Source of the DNA: a virus
Direction: 5' to 3' (one strand)
DNA: 64,000 bases
Virus record (IMG/VR): IMGVR_UViG_3300042867_001113
A program made the translations under genes and the position numbers. How positions within the stretch are numbered: position 1 is the first letter of the stretch; each line of letters starts with the position of its first letter. Of this stretch, positions 35,478 to 45,467 are shown one piece after another. The notes below the pieces were generated by a model. It worked only from the letters and a program-made list of their open reading frames with translations. It made no database searches and was not told where the DNA came from.

Positions 35478-36316
35478 CAGGGTCCGCCAAAGCAGGTTTT
35501 GGAAACCGGGCACGCCTTGGCGCGAGCGCAGGAGTCGTTGCCGCAGATGCGGTCGGGCAGGGTCTTCGACTCCATGCCGGACCATACGGACCTGATGAGG
35601 TTGCGGACGAGGTCGATGGTGTCCTCGTCGCGGTCGATGTGGTGCTCCACGAGGCTGCCCAGCCCACTCTCGGCCTTCTGCCAGTAGAGGATCTTCCCCC
35701 ACTTGAACCCGGTGAACATCATGTAGATGTGGGTCTGCACCATGTGCGCGATCTGAGGCACTTGCTTGATCTCCCGCCCACCACGCTCCCCGATGCTCTT
35801 GACCTCAAGGATGCCCATTCCTTGGAGGCCGGGAAGCACGAGGAACCCATCGCTGTGTCCCGTCAGACGCAAAGCGTGATCAACGAACTTGTGCTCAATG
35901 AAACGGAACGCGTGGCTCTCGCACTTCAAACACACCTTCGGCATTGGTCGAGACCAATCCTCTGGGCGTGCGCCGTCGATGTACTCGCCGTACCGCTTCA
36001 AACATCCCAAGCACTCCCACGTCCCGTAAAGCACTCCCGACGGGCCGAGCAGCTCGTTCTGGACAGCCCAATGGAGAGCGGTGCCGTGCAAGAAGGTCAG
36101 GTTGAGACCGACGTCAACGGTATCTCTGCGGACGATCTTGTTGAGGGTGCAGAGCACCTCCTCGCGAGCACAGAGCGATGGAATTCCAGACGCACGGAGG
36201 TAGCTGGCGACGGGATCGAGCGGAGGCTTCGGCTCATCCCGAACAAAAGTCTCAGAGATAATCCTGAGGAGCGACCCGTGGCCGGTCTCTCCCCGCAGTA
36301 CGTTGGCAAGGCTCAT
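35477..36316 (-). CDS. Cas4/AddB-like PD-(D/E)xK exonuclease with inserted Zn ribbon
   Basis: SLCARE, GTALH, GHSDG, LEVKS, Q..IYM, C-terminal Cys cluster; inserted CLGC...CLKC. Confidence 0.85.
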   Translation of the reverse strand: MSLANVLRGETGHGSLLRIISETFVRDEPKPPLDPVASYLRASGIPSLCAREEVLCTLNKIVRRDTVDVGLNLTFLHGTALHWAVQNELLGPSGVLYGTWECLGCLKRYGEYIDGARPEDWSRPMPKVCLKCESHAFRFIEHKFVDHALRLTGHSDGFLVLPGLQGMGILEVKSIGERGGREIKQVPQIAHMVQTHIYMMFTGFKWGKILYWQKAESGLGSLVEHHIDRDEDTIDLVRNLIRSVWSGMESKTLPDRICGNDSCARAKACPVSKTCFGGP

Positions 36317-36335
36317 GTCCAGAGGCGTAACAGGC

Positions 36336-36776
36336 TCAAGCCTTGGTTCCCCAGAGGTCGTCCATCAGACGTCGGCGTGCCGATGCCGCTTCTTTCGTGG
36401 ATTTCCAGCGATGCCCGTCGGGCTCGACGTAGGTCTCCTCGGTGACGTTGCACTCGCACTCTGCGCGATGTTCCGGTTCGACCGTGAGGAAGAGGTGTCG
36501 AGCGCGCCCCGGTTCATGGTTGTCCTCCTCGGCATCCTGCATCGAGAAAGTCTTCCGCACGAACGCGAGGTCTTTGTCGCTCACAACAGACTGGAGGCGA
36601 GATACACTGACGTGCCAAGTCGGCACGTCGGCTTCCTTGTCAACCGGAGACCGCATCTGGTCGATGGCGCTGATCACCAGTAGCCCGCCGCACTTCCACG
36701 AGCGAGCCTTCGTCTCCAGAACCGGGGGAGTCTTGATGGGCTTCCACATGGGAGAGGATGGATTCTTGGGAGTCAC
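36336..36776 (-). CDS. Hypothetical phage protein
   Basis: WHVSVS...EEDNHEPGRARH. Confidence 0.6.
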   Translation of the reverse strand: MTPKNPSSPMWKPIKTPPVLETKARSWKCGGLLVISAIDQMRSPVDKEADVPTWHVSVSRLQSVVSDKDLAFVRKTFSMQDAEEDNHEPGRARHLFLTVEPEHRAECECNVTEETYVEPDGHRWKSTKEAASARRRLMDDLWGTKA

Positions 36777-36788
36777 AACGGGGCCTCG

Positions 36789-37238
36789 TCAGTCGCCTGA
36801 AGCAAGTTTTCTCATCCGCTCAAAAACCTCAAGCGGAATAACCACGAGGTCGATGGGTTTTGACGATGGGCTGTGGTGCTTCTCAAAGGTAATGAACAGC
36901 GCGGGGTCTTGGCCTGCAGCTCGGGCGCCGTCGACCACCTGCGTCCACCACTCTCGCTTGATGGACATAGTCGCCGTCTCGGTGCGCTTGTGCTCGACCC
37001 AGAAGTCCCCGATCGTGAGGTCGCCTCGAAGGGTGATGGTCTCGGGTCGTGCGCCGCCTGTGTCGGCTCGAATGGCGTGCTTGGAGAGGCGCTTGGCCCC
37101 TGACTGCGGGAGGCGCTTTCCGCCCAGCTTGGCGGCGAGACGCGTCTCGTGCTTTTGTGAACGCTTGTAGCGGTCGTAGTTCGGTTCTAACCACTTTGGG
37201 CGAGCCTGCTTCTCCGGAGGAGGGTCTTCATCACTCAT
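36789..37238 (-). CDS. Hjc-like PD-(D/E)xK resolvase/nuclease
   Basis: HETRLA...R.PQSGA...GD....VEHKRT. Confidence 0.75.
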   Translation of the reverse strand: MSDEDPPPEKQARPKWLEPNYDRYKRSQKHETRLAAKLGGKRLPQSGAKRLSKHAIRADTGGARPETITLRGDLTIGDFWVEHKRTETATMSIKREWWTQVVDGARAAGQDPALFITFEKHHSPSSKPIDLVVIPLEVFERMRKLASGD

Positions 37239-37494
37239 CGATGCGCTCCCAAGTGTGTTCGCAGATCCGGCAGGTGCAGACGACCTTGATGGGGAAGGTC
37301 AGCCCAGCACCTTGCTCGATGGTCACGAACGACATGGCGCACTTCGGGCACTCGTCGACTTCAGGGATTGGCTCGACGGTGTCGGACTGCAGCGCAGCGA
37401 TGACGGCGTCGGTGGCACTCCGGTCAACGACCGGCGGCATGAGGACAGCCCGCAGGAAGTCCTCCAGAGGGTCGTCGTCCGAGTCGTCCGTCAA
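37231..37494 (-). CDS. Small Zn-ribbon protein
   Basis: CPKC...CRICEHTW; TTG start overlapping recA stop. Confidence 0.55.
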   Translation of the reverse strand: MTDDSDDDPLEDFLRAVLMPPVVDRSATDAVIAALQSDTVEPIPEVDECPKCAMSFVTIEQGAGLTFPIKVVCTCRICEHTWERIDE

Positions 37495-38729
37495 GCCCCC
37501 TGCTGGACCGACTTCAACAAGACGTCCGTCACCATCCGCTTGAAGATCGGATCCGCCACCAGCCGCTTCTCGATCTCCGACTTCTTGCCGAAGGACTCCC
37601 CGAGAATCTTCCATGACGTTCCTCCTCCAGAAACAAGCCCAAGCCGTTCAGCGTGGTCGAGAATAAAGTCCTCGAAGTAGAAGTCGCCCAGAGACTTGCT
37701 CTCCGATTCCGACAACATCATGCGGAAGTCGTAACCGACCTTCGCGGTACTTGACTTTGACTTGTCGAGAGAAAAGCCAAAATCCGCGTAGAGAGGGCGC
37801 TCGCCAAGGTCGTCCATCTTGAACTTGCCGGTCTTCATCTTCATCTCGGTCCACGACATGAACCCGGGGGCCAGCCCGCCGGGAGTCGTCTCTGGGTTGC
37901 CGAACATGACGCCGAGCTTCATGCGGATCTGGTTTGTGAAGAACAGCGTTGGTCGCTTCCCTGTGTCGGTCATGACCGAGTTGAGAGCAGCGGTGAACTT
38001 CCGCACGCCCTTGCCAAGAACACGCGCCTGCACACCCATCAAGTCTTTCTCGATGGCTTCCTCGATCTCCTTGGCAGGAGTGAGGAATGCGATGGAGTCG
38101 ATCATCAAGATGTCGCACTTGCCAGACCGCAAGAGCGCCTCGCCAATCGAGAGCGTCTGCTCCGCGTACTCGGGCACGCTGATGAGCACCTTGTCGAGGT
38201 CACAGAAGCGGCTGGCCCATGCTGCGTCGAGCGCGCCTTCGACGTCGATGTAAGCGATAACTGGCTCTCGGGGTCGCTTGCAGATGCAGCGGTCCATGTA
38301 CAGCCAACACTCAGCGCACAGCTTCTGTGCCTCACCGATGGTCGCGTAGAGAACAGTGGTCTTGCAGGAGGACTTGTGACCAATCAGCGTATGGACACCG
38401 CCTTGGGCCCATCCACCCTCCAGTGCAAAGTCGATCGGGAAGACTCCCGTCGGGATGCGCCGGACCTTCCGAGCTTTGATCTCGGACCCTTGGATGAGCG
38501 ACTTCTTCCCGTAGGTCTTCATCGTCGCCGCGATTATTTCCGACGACAGCAGAGCCCCCAGTTGTGACCTTGAGTCGTAACCGGGTTTGATGCGGGACGA
38601 GAGGACATCTGCCGTCGTTTCGGGAACCGCATCGTCGACTGCGGCTGAGATGGTCTGGGCCACCTCGGACGCCTCGGCAGAGGTATCGGTGGAAGTATCT
38701 TCAACGGGGATCTTCTTCTTGGATGCCAT
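37491..38729 (-). CDS. recA: RecA/UvsX-family recombinase
   Basis: IPTG..ID..L.GG, GHKSSCKTT, YIDVEG, IDSIA, FTNQIRMKLGVMFGNPETTPGG. Confidence 0.92.
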   Translation of the reverse strand: MASKKKIPVEDTSTDTSAEASEVAQTISAAVDDAVPETTADVLSSRIKPGYDSRSQLGALLSSEIIAATMKTYGKKSLIQGSEIKARKVRRIPTGVFPIDFALEGGWAQGGVHTLIGHKSSCKTTVLYATIGEAQKLCAECWLYMDRCICKRPREPVIAYIDVEGALDAAWASRFCDLDKVLISVPEYAEQTLSIGEALLRSGKCDILMIDSIAFLTPAKEIEEAIEKDLMGVQARVLGKGVRKFTAALNSVMTDTGKRPTLFFTNQIRMKLGVMFGNPETTPGGLAPGFMSWTEMKMKTGKFKMDDLGERPLYADFGFSLDKSKSSTAKVGYDFRMMLSESESKSLGDFYFEDFILDHAERLGLVSGGGTSWKILGESFGKKSEIEKRLVADPIFKRMVTDVLLKSVQQGA

Positions 38730-38740
38730 GGAGCCTCTTC

Positions 38741-39427
38741 TCAGAACGGTGTGGTGGACTTGGTCCCAGACGCGATCTGGCGGATCGCCTTGACCTCGGT
38801 CTGGATGCGATCTTCGGTCCACTTCTTTGCGAAGGAGAAGGCGTCGTCCGTCTCCTCGCGGTAGCAGGGAAGGGAGATGCGGACGTCGATGCGTGCGCTC
38901 TCATAATTCCCGATGTTGAGGGTCAGCCCATAGCCGATCTCCACCATCGCCGGGTTGGTGATGAATGTTCGGACTGCGATCTCTTCGTCCTTAGTTTCAG
39001 GGACGCCGATCTTCCCGTAGACCTTGGTGACAGTCGCCGTTGTGGATTTCACGGTCTCCTTGATGACCGGAGGGGCCTGCGTCCCTGCAACAACCGGCTG
39101 CAGCATCGGCTGCTGGGAGGCTTCCGCCACGGTGGCGATGTCCTTGGCAGCCTTCTTGGTTTTGCGCGCTTCAGGCTTGAGCCGAGGGCGACCCGTCGGT
39201 GTCAGGAGCGGCACGCCATTCTCAAACAGGTGGGTCTCAGGAGAGACAAGGACGCCGTTGACAGTGACGGACTCAGGAGGGTTCGGCGCTTCGGGCTCGG
39301 CTGGGGACGTCGCCTGCTGGATAGCAGCTTCAGCGGCTGCCACCTGTGCGTTGACGGCAGCGATGGCAGCGTCAACGGCGCTGTCGAGGGCAGCGGGAAC
39401 AGCGATGGGGGAAGAGGCTGGGACCAT
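38741..39427 (-). CDS. Hypothetical protein
   Basis: ATG 39427 with GGAG RBS; C-terminal TLNIGNYESARID motif. Confidence 0.65.
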   Translation of the reverse strand: MVPASSPIAVPAALDSAVDAAIAAVNAQVAAAEAAIQQATSPAEPEAPNPPESVTVNGVLVSPETHLFENGVPLLTPTGRPRLKPEARKTKKAAKDIATVAEASQQPMLQPVVAGTQAPPVIKETVKSTTATVTKVYGKIGVPETKDEEIAVRTFITNPAMVEIGYGLTLNIGNYESARIDVRISLPCYREETDDAFSFAKKWTEDRIQTEVKAIRQIASGTKSTTPF

Positions 39428-39482
39428 ATGGGACTCCGAGTGATCGTTGTGCTTCCACCGACGTAACAGGACTCCCGAAGGC

Positions 39483-40838
39483 TCACTCCCACCCTTTCGT
39501 TTTGTAGAGGCGATCCCGGTAACCCGCCGACTTGACGCACAAGCTGACCTTCGGGTCGATGATGTCGACCACGATGGGGTCTTTCTTCCCTTCAATAGGG
39601 CGAAGAATGCGGCCCACAGCCTGCTCAACGTCCGAGAACGGTGTGGTCAGGAAGATGGAGTCCAACATCGGGATGTCCAAGCCCTCTTCGGCAAACTGGC
39701 GAGTCGCGAAAATGACCTGCGCTTCCGCAGCGGTTTCCAGCTCCTCCTCCTTCAGGCCGCCAACGTAGAAGCCAGTCGTCGGAACGGGTGTCGACTGCCC
39801 CGTCTTCCACAGTTGCTTGAACAGCGCCTCAAGCGTGTCGAGGTGGTTGAGGCGTTCTGAGAGGACGATGGGCTTCCGGCCCGCGACCACCGCGAGGACG
39901 ATCTGCTCGGCGATCATCTTGTTGCGCGCCGCGTTGCTGCACATGAACTTGAGGAGGACGTTCTTCGAGATGACCTCAGGGTTGAGGGTCGGGGTCTGGA
40001 TGAGCTTGAAGTCCGTCCACACGCGACGCACCTTCGGCTTCATGCGCTGCTCGGCGGAGGTGAAGATCACTGGACCAATCTGCTTCAGGAAGACCTCTTC
40101 AGCCCCGTCCTTGCGGCGAGGGGTCGCGCTCACGCCCAAGCGCCAACGGGCGCGGAACCGGGTGTGCGCTCGGGACCAAGACTCCGCCGCCGTCCGGTGG
40201 CACTCGTCGGTGATGACCAGCCCCGGCCAGTCCCAGAAGTCCTCGCCGTAGTCGCGGTCGCCAACCAAGCTGTGAACCATCGCGATGGCGACGGAGTAGC
40301 CCTTGAACTCGCTGCGGTCCTGCTGAACGATTCCGATCTTCGCTCCGGGAAGAAACTGCGCGATGCGGTCGCGCCACTGGTTCAGCAGGAACTCTTTGTG
40401 AACGATCACCAGAGTTGGGCAGTTCATTCGAGCCATCGCTGCGCACGCGAAAACGGTCTTCCCCCACCCAGTGGTCGCTCGGATGATGCCTCCACCAAAG
40501 CCGTTCCCAAAGGCAGCGGACATCTTGTCGATCGCCTCCTGTTGAGTCGGTCGAAGAGAACCGGCAAACGTGAAGGGGCCGTCCCACAAGTCCTGACGCC
40601 CCGTCGTCGTCATGTCAACGATCTCATGGTGCTCCTTTCGGTTCTCCATGAAGTACGAGCGAGGGATCCCAATGAAGTCGGGCTTCTCAACGTAGAGCGG
40701 AATGGGTGATGGAGGAGGTCCGGGGTACCCCGGAAATGAACGAGGAGTGACCGTGAGCGTCGCCTTGAGAGCGCTTTTCTGCATGTGCGTCAGCTCTGCC
40801 AACGGAATCCATGCGTGCGTGTCCACGACGATCTTCAT
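39483..40838 (-). CDS. Superfamily 2 helicase (UvsW/XPB-like)
   Basis: TTGWGKT, DECH, SATP, EGLDIP.LD, QAVGRILR. Confidence 0.93.
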   Translation of the reverse strand: MKIVVDTHAWIPLAELTHMQKSALKATLTVTPRSFPGYPGPPPSPIPLYVEKPDFIGIPRSYFMENRKEHHEIVDMTTTGRQDLWDGPFTFAGSLRPTQQEAIDKMSAAFGNGFGGGIIRATTGWGKTVFACAAMARMNCPTLVIVHKEFLLNQWRDRIAQFLPGAKIGIVQQDRSEFKGYSVAIAMVHSLVGDRDYGEDFWDWPGLVITDECHRTAAESWSRAHTRFRARWRLGVSATPRRKDGAEEVFLKQIGPVIFTSAEQRMKPKVRRVWTDFKLIQTPTLNPEVISKNVLLKFMCSNAARNKMIAEQIVLAVVAGRKPIVLSERLNHLDTLEALFKQLWKTGQSTPVPTTGFYVGGLKEEELETAAEAQVIFATRQFAEEGLDIPMLDSIFLTTPFSDVEQAVGRILRPIEGKKDPIVVDIIDPKVSLCVKSAGYRDRLYKTKGWE

Positions 40839-41074
40839 TTGAGGCGTCCTGCCTGAAAGTTGTGCAACGCCCGCAAGGAATGCTGGGCAGATGAGGTCCG
40901 TGCATTGTGTAACTCGCACTCGCGACGGACAGTTGCGTACCAATCAGCCGGAGGAAGGTCGGTCGGTAAGCGGGTCATCCACGAGATGGGGATGCGCAAG
41001 TAGCCTTCAGAAAACTCAACGAGGACGTCCATCTTGTTCAGCCCACGATGGAGGCGGACAGCGAGAACACGCAT
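40835..41074 (-). CDS. Small hypothetical protein
   Basis: 79-aa ORF filling gap, ATGA overlap with helicase. Confidence 0.4.
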   Translation of the reverse strand: MRVLAVRLHRGLNKMDVLVEFSEGYLRIPISWMTRLPTDLPPADWYATVRRECELHNARTSSAQHSLRALHNFQAGRLK

Positions 41075-41146
41075 GGCATCATCCTGTGAAAAAGCCCGTG
41101 TGCGGCAGAGGGTTGCCGCACACGAGCCGTACTCTGACGCGCTGCG

Positions 41147-41962
41147 TCAGAAAGGGATCTCGTCGTCGACAGCTGCCGTCGAACCACCGCTGCTTCCCTT
41201 GTTGTCGTAGTCGCGGGTGTTCTCCGAGGCGTCGAAGCCACCCAAGAGTTCCTTGACCTCTTTCGCGGTCTTCGGCGCGTAGATCGCGTCGTAGCGGAAG
41301 GGGACAAGCTTCCGCACAATTTTCCCATCAGCGCCCTTGCTGATGGCGAACACGCGGGAGAGCTTGGCGTATGCTTCGGCGCTCTCGTCCGCAGCCGTGT
41401 ACAGGTCGGCCAGCTTCTTTCCCTTGTAGACCACAAGGTCGAACAGCTTGGTCATGTCGACGTCGCGGGTGTACTCGTAGTCGTCACCGACCGCAGGGCT
41501 CTTGTCGGTTTCGCGAGTGACCCTGTAGAGCCGCCCGACGATTGACTTCCCGTCCTTCGCCAAATCGGTCATCTTACGATCGAGCTTCTGCGAGGTCTTG
41601 AACTTCGCGGGCAGCACCTTGATCTCGTACTGGCGAGCGTTGCCCTTCTTGTCAGTCCACTTCGACGTGTCGACGATCGTCATCATCGAGACGCGGTAGC
41701 GCGAGTCCTTGCCAGCGATCTGGCAGCAGTTGGGCTCGCCGTCCTCGGTCACCGGCGCAAGGCAGGTGATCCAGTTCTTCCAGTTGCCGTTCAGCTTCAG
41801 GTTGTGTTCGTCAAAGGTGAACGGAGCGTCGTCGACGAAGACGAAGTCACGGGACTCCTTCGCAGGCATCCAGACCCGGTCTGGCTCCCACGTGAGCATG
41901 TCGCTCTTGCCTCCGCCGCTGTCCTTCGAGAACCCTGTGGAGTACCAGCTCTTTCCAGTCAT
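41147..41962 (-). CDS. Phage-type ssDNA-binding protein (gp32-like) with acidic tail
   Basis: H..K.NG...TC....CC; C-terminus VDDEIPF; located in replication cluster. Confidence 0.75.
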   Translation of the reverse strand: MTGKSWYSTGFSKDSGGGKSDMLTWEPDRVWMPAKESRDFVFVDDAPFTFDEHNLKLNGNWKNWITCLAPVTEDGEPNCCQIAGKDSRYRVSMMTIVDTSKWTDKKGNARQYEIKVLPAKFKTSQKLDRKMTDLAKDGKSIVGRLYRVTRETDKSPAVGDDYEYTRDVDMTKLFDLVVYKGKKLADLYTAADESAEAYAKLSRVFAISKGADGKIVRKLVPFRYDAIYAPKTAKEVKELLGGFDASENTRDYDNKGSSGGSTAAVDDEIPF

Positions 41963-42057
41963 GATTTTCCTTCGGCTTCCGTCTGGGAAGCTCTTGCCAC
42001 TGTCCCTTGGTTGAAGTGCTCGTCGGGACATCCGAGCACCCTGTCAGTAACAGGCTC

Positions 42058-43116
42058 TCAGTGAATTCCCATTGCGTTTGGTGATCCAAGAGTCTCAGCC
42101 AACTCCAAAGCAGACAGCTCGTCCGGGTCGCGGTTCATCGGAATCTTCGCGATGCGCGTGGGGATGCGCGTGAGCAGGACGTCCTTCATCCGGTCTGCGG
42201 CCTCCATCCCGGGGGTGTCACCGTCAGGGAGAATCACAATGTTCTTGAAGAAGCGAACGAGCTTCTCGATCTGGATACGGCTGATGTGCGTGCCCATGAT
42301 GGCGACGCCTTGGTAGCCGTGCTGCCAGAGGTGAATCGCGTCGAAGAAGCCCTCGACAATGACGCCGGTTCCCTCGCCGCCCTCCTTGAGGCGGACCTCC
42401 CCGTAGAGGTAGCGGTCACGCTGGAAGCCAAGAGAGTGTAAAAACTTTCGTTTGCTCTCCCCTTCAAGTGAACGACCGGAGATGCCTACAAGTCTTTTTT
42501 TGCAGTCTCGTATGGGGATGGCAATTCGTCGAGCTTGCCGATGCCAGCGGAACTCCCAATCGGCGATGGACTTCTCATCCAGCCCGCGCCCCTTGAGGTA
42601 GTCAAAGGATTCACCATCGAGAGGATCGAACGCCTGCAGGTCACCATCCGCCAAGACCGTCTCCGGCACGTCGTAGGCGTAGCCAAGCGCCGCCTGCGCG
42701 GTCTTCGCAGAGAGCCGGATGCCACCCACTTCCATCGGACCCGTTGGGCGCTTCTCGGCGCGCTCCAGCGCAGCCTTCAGCAGGTCGGTCGAGGACAGAG
42801 AGTCCCGGTCCTTTGCCAGAACCCACTGGAAAATGTCGGAGAACGCTGTGGTGTCATGGCCTCCCGCCACCATCAGGGCTCGCAGCCGGGTCAGCAGCTC
42901 AATGACGGACCCTTTCGCATTGCAGGTGAAGCAGCGGTAGTGGCTGGGTCCGTCGTCGATGCGAATGCCAAAAGACGAACTCTTGTCCTCGCGCGTCTTG
43001 TGCAGCTTCGTGAAAGGGGCGAACGGGCAAGAGGCGTTCACCCAGCCAGACATATTCTGTCGGATGCGATTGCACCCAATCTTGTCCAATAGGTCGGTGA
43101 TGTCCTCGGCTTGCAT
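42058..43116 (-). CDS. dnaG: DNA primase (Zn-binding + TOPRIM)
   Basis: CPF...H...CFTC; IVEGFFD; PDGD..G; DPDE. Confidence 0.92.
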   Translation of the reverse strand: MQAEDITDLLDKIGCNRIRQNMSGWVNASCPFAPFTKLHKTREDKSSSFGIRIDDGPSHYRCFTCNAKGSVIELLTRLRALMVAGGHDTTAFSDIFQWVLAKDRDSLSSTDLLKAALERAEKRPTGPMEVGGIRLSAKTAQAALGYAYDVPETVLADGDLQAFDPLDGESFDYLKGRGLDEKSIADWEFRWHRQARRIAIPIRDCKKRLVGISGRSLEGESKRKFLHSLGFQRDRYLYGEVRLKEGGEGTGVIVEGFFDAIHLWQHGYQGVAIMGTHISRIQIEKLVRFFKNIVILPDGDTPGMEAADRMKDVLLTRIPTRIAKIPMNRDPDELSALELAETLGSPNAMGIH

Positions 43117-43136
43117 GGAGGCCTCTGTAACACCGA

Positions 43137-43532
43137 TCAGGTGATGTCGATGACCGACTTGTTGACGCGCTTTCGTTCCTCAACAAGCAGCTGAACGTAG
43201 AATTTGTCGAACCGCTTAGTTTTCGTGGGCCCGCCCGGTTCCCGGCGGTGAACGGAGTCCCGCTCCCGCCCGTAAGACGTGAGCGATATGGCTTCTCGGC
43301 TGCTCGACTCGGAGACCATACGGTACTTCTTGAGTTGAGCGAGGGCGATGTCCATCGCAGCGTTGAACTTGGTGGGGTCGAAGTTGTCTGTGTTCGGAGA
43401 AGACTTCACCGGAACCTTGTTCCTGCTGTTCGCAGGACGAGCGCGGGGTAGGTCCGCGTTCAAGAAGATGGCGAGCACCATGTGCCGAAAAAGTAAGGGG
43501 TAGTTTGGAACCTCAAAGCCGTCGTCAGCCAT
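43137..43532 (-). CDS. Hypothetical protein
   Basis: 131-aa ORF with GGAGG RBS between helicase and primase. Confidence 0.6.
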   Translation of the reverse strand: MADDGFEVPNYPLLFRHMVLAIFLNADLPRARPANSRNKVPVKSSPNTDNFDPTKFNAAMDIALAQLKKYRMVSESSSREAISLTSYGRERDSVHRREPGGPTKTKRFDKFYVQLLVEERKRVNKSVIDIT

Positions 43533-43541
43533 CGTGTCCTC

Positions 43542-44840
43542 CTAGAACAAGTCGCCGATGGGATCGTCGGCAGCCGCGTCGGGACCGCTCGGCACACCAG
43601 ACGGAGCGAACGCGGGGGCTCCGCCGAAGTTCGCCTTCGGAATCTCAGAGAAGTCCATACGCTCGAAGTCCCAGTTGCACTCGATCTCTTCGCTCTCGCC
43701 TTCCCGCACCTTGAGAGGCTTGAAGGCCATGCGGCGGTTCTTCTTCATCTCCTCGGTCTGGATGAGACCGAAGATGAGGTCGGCGTTCCAGCCAGCGACG
43801 TCGGTCATGGCGATGCTGTCCGCCTGCACCGTCTTGGCTTGGTTGACCTTCACCTCGCGGTTGAACTGCATGGTCGCCACGACTGCGGCTTTGCTGCGCT
43901 TGGCGATACGCTTCAGCTCGTCAAAGACGTTGGCGGCTCGCTCGGTCCGGGTGAGCCCGTGGACCTTCAGCAGGTACGCACCGTCGACGATCACGAGGTC
44001 CGGCTTCTCGTCCATCACAATGCCTGCGAACGAGTCCATGCTGAAGTCGAAGTCGCCGCCAACGATGTTCAGGTTGGGGCTGTTCTCAATCGCCTTGATA
44101 CCGTCACGAATGCGCTTCTCCGTGAACGAGTCGAGCTTGCCACGTCTGAAGTCGCCGTAGGGAATCCTGAACTTCGTGGCGAGGTAGCGCATCGCCATCG
44201 TCTCCTTCGACATTTCTGTCGTCGCGATGAGCACCTTCTTCCCCTGTTCCCAAGCCGTACCAGCGAGGAGGATCGCCGACCACGTCTTGCCGATACCCAT
44301 GCGGGCCACGAACAGGACGAGGTCTTCCGGCCAGAGCCCCAGCGTCGAGTCGTTGATGGTCGGCCACGGAGTCTGGATACCGCGTTCGCCACGCTTGATC
44401 TTCTCGTAGTATTCAATGACCTTCCCGCCCAAGCCGGGAATGCTCTCGACGAGAGCTGTCCGAGTGTCGAGCTTCCGCAGCGTGCGCAGCAGGTCTTCGA
44501 CAGCAGCCTGACCCTTCGCAGGTTCGCCCAGATCGAGGATGCCGATGAGGTTCTTCACGCCCGCGTGAAGCATCCCGTGAAGCTTGCGGTCGTAGGCTGC
44601 GTTGATGAGGTACGGCAGCGGGTCCGTCGGAGGGGGGACGATTACTCCGGTCTCGCGTTCAACGATCGAGAGCGACGGGAGGTCGTTGTAGGTCTTGTTG
44701 AAGTCGACCGTGAAGTCGAAGACGACCTTCCCGTCGCCTTCGAGGAGGTCAGCTCGGAAGCCGGTCTCCGCGAGGTGACGGAGGCTGGCCTTGCCACCAG
44801 CAAGAACTGCGGAGGCTAGCGACAAGTCAAGATCGGCCAC
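43542..44840 (-). CDS. dnaB: DnaB-like replicative helicase
   Basis: ARMGIGKT, TEMS, VIVDG, QFNR, K.REG. Confidence 0.92.
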   Translation of the reverse strand: MADLDLSLASAVLAGGKASLRHLAETGFRADLLEGDGKVVFDFTVDFNKTYNDLPSLSIVERETGVIVPPPTDPLPYLINAAYDRKLHGMLHAGVKNLIGILDLGEPAKGQAAVEDLLRTLRKLDTRTALVESIPGLGGKVIEYYEKIKRGERGIQTPWPTINDSTLGLWPEDLVLFVARMGIGKTWSAILLAGTAWEQGKKVLIATTEMSKETMAMRYLATKFRIPYGDFRRGKLDSFTEKRIRDGIKAIENSPNLNIVGGDFDFSMDSFAGIVMDEKPDLVIVDGAYLLKVHGLTRTERAANVFDELKRIAKRSKAAVVATMQFNREVKVNQAKTVQADSIAMTDVAGWNADLIFGLIQTEEMKKNRRMAFKPLKVREGESEEIECNWDFERMDFSEIPKANFGGAPAFAPSGVPSGPDAAADDPIGDLF

Positions 44841-45467
44841 TCAGCCCCCAAGGTCTTTTCGGAGTTGCAACGACGCTTCATCTTGCCGCTCGGTCCCCGC
44901 ACAGGAGACCGCGTGGAAAGTCCCGCGCATAGAATGAAGGATCGACGGATAGTCGACGGAGAAGTCTTCAGGCCCCAGCCTAGTGGAAAGCACCGTGGTC
45001 TTCCCACGCGTCGACCGGCTCTTGAGCAGGTGCTCCACGTCGCTGATGCCGAACGTGAAATTGCGAAAGTCGTCCGCTGCAAGGTCGTCGATGACGAGGA
45101 TGTCGACCGCGCGCACGCGAGACATGATCGATTCCGACGAGTCGAAGTCTTCGTTCTCCTTGAGGGACTGCCGCAGCTCTTTCACCGTCGTGTAGTAACC
45201 GACGTGTCCGTGCTCCCACCCCGCTTTGAGGATCACGACGCCACCGCAGGTCTTGCCTGAGCCTGCAGGCCCGAAGAGCCAGAAGCCCACTCCCCGGCGA
45301 AGCATCGAATGGATGCTGGCGACGTAGCGATGGATCGGACGCTTCAACTCCAGCGTCAGCTTCGGGTAGGTAGATTCCCACAGGCGCTCAGGAACGTTCA
45401 TGCGACGCAAAGCCCACTCGTCGCACACCATCAGCGGAGGCTGGGGAGGTGCTGGGGGTGCCATCAT
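44841..45467 (-). CDS. DnaC/IstB-like helicase loader ATPase
   Basis: LFGPAGSGKT, ILVIDDL, R..RGK.T..ST. Confidence 0.85.
   Translation of the reverse strand: MMAPPAPPQPPLMVCDEWALRRMNVPERLWESTYPKLTLELKRPIHRYVASIHSMLRRGVGFWLFGPAGSGKTCGGVVILKAGWEHGHVGYYTTVKELRQSLKENEDFDSSESIMSRVRAVDILVIDDLAADDFRNFTFGISDVEHLLKSRSTRGKTTVLSTRLGPEDFSVDYPSILHSMRGTFHAVSCAGTERQDEASLQLRKDLGG

Noticed and set aside
35477-36316. Cas4-like gene as evidence of a CRISPR-Cas system
   Set aside because: No repeat-spacer array or other cas genes seen; solo Cas4-like nucleases are common in phage recombination modules
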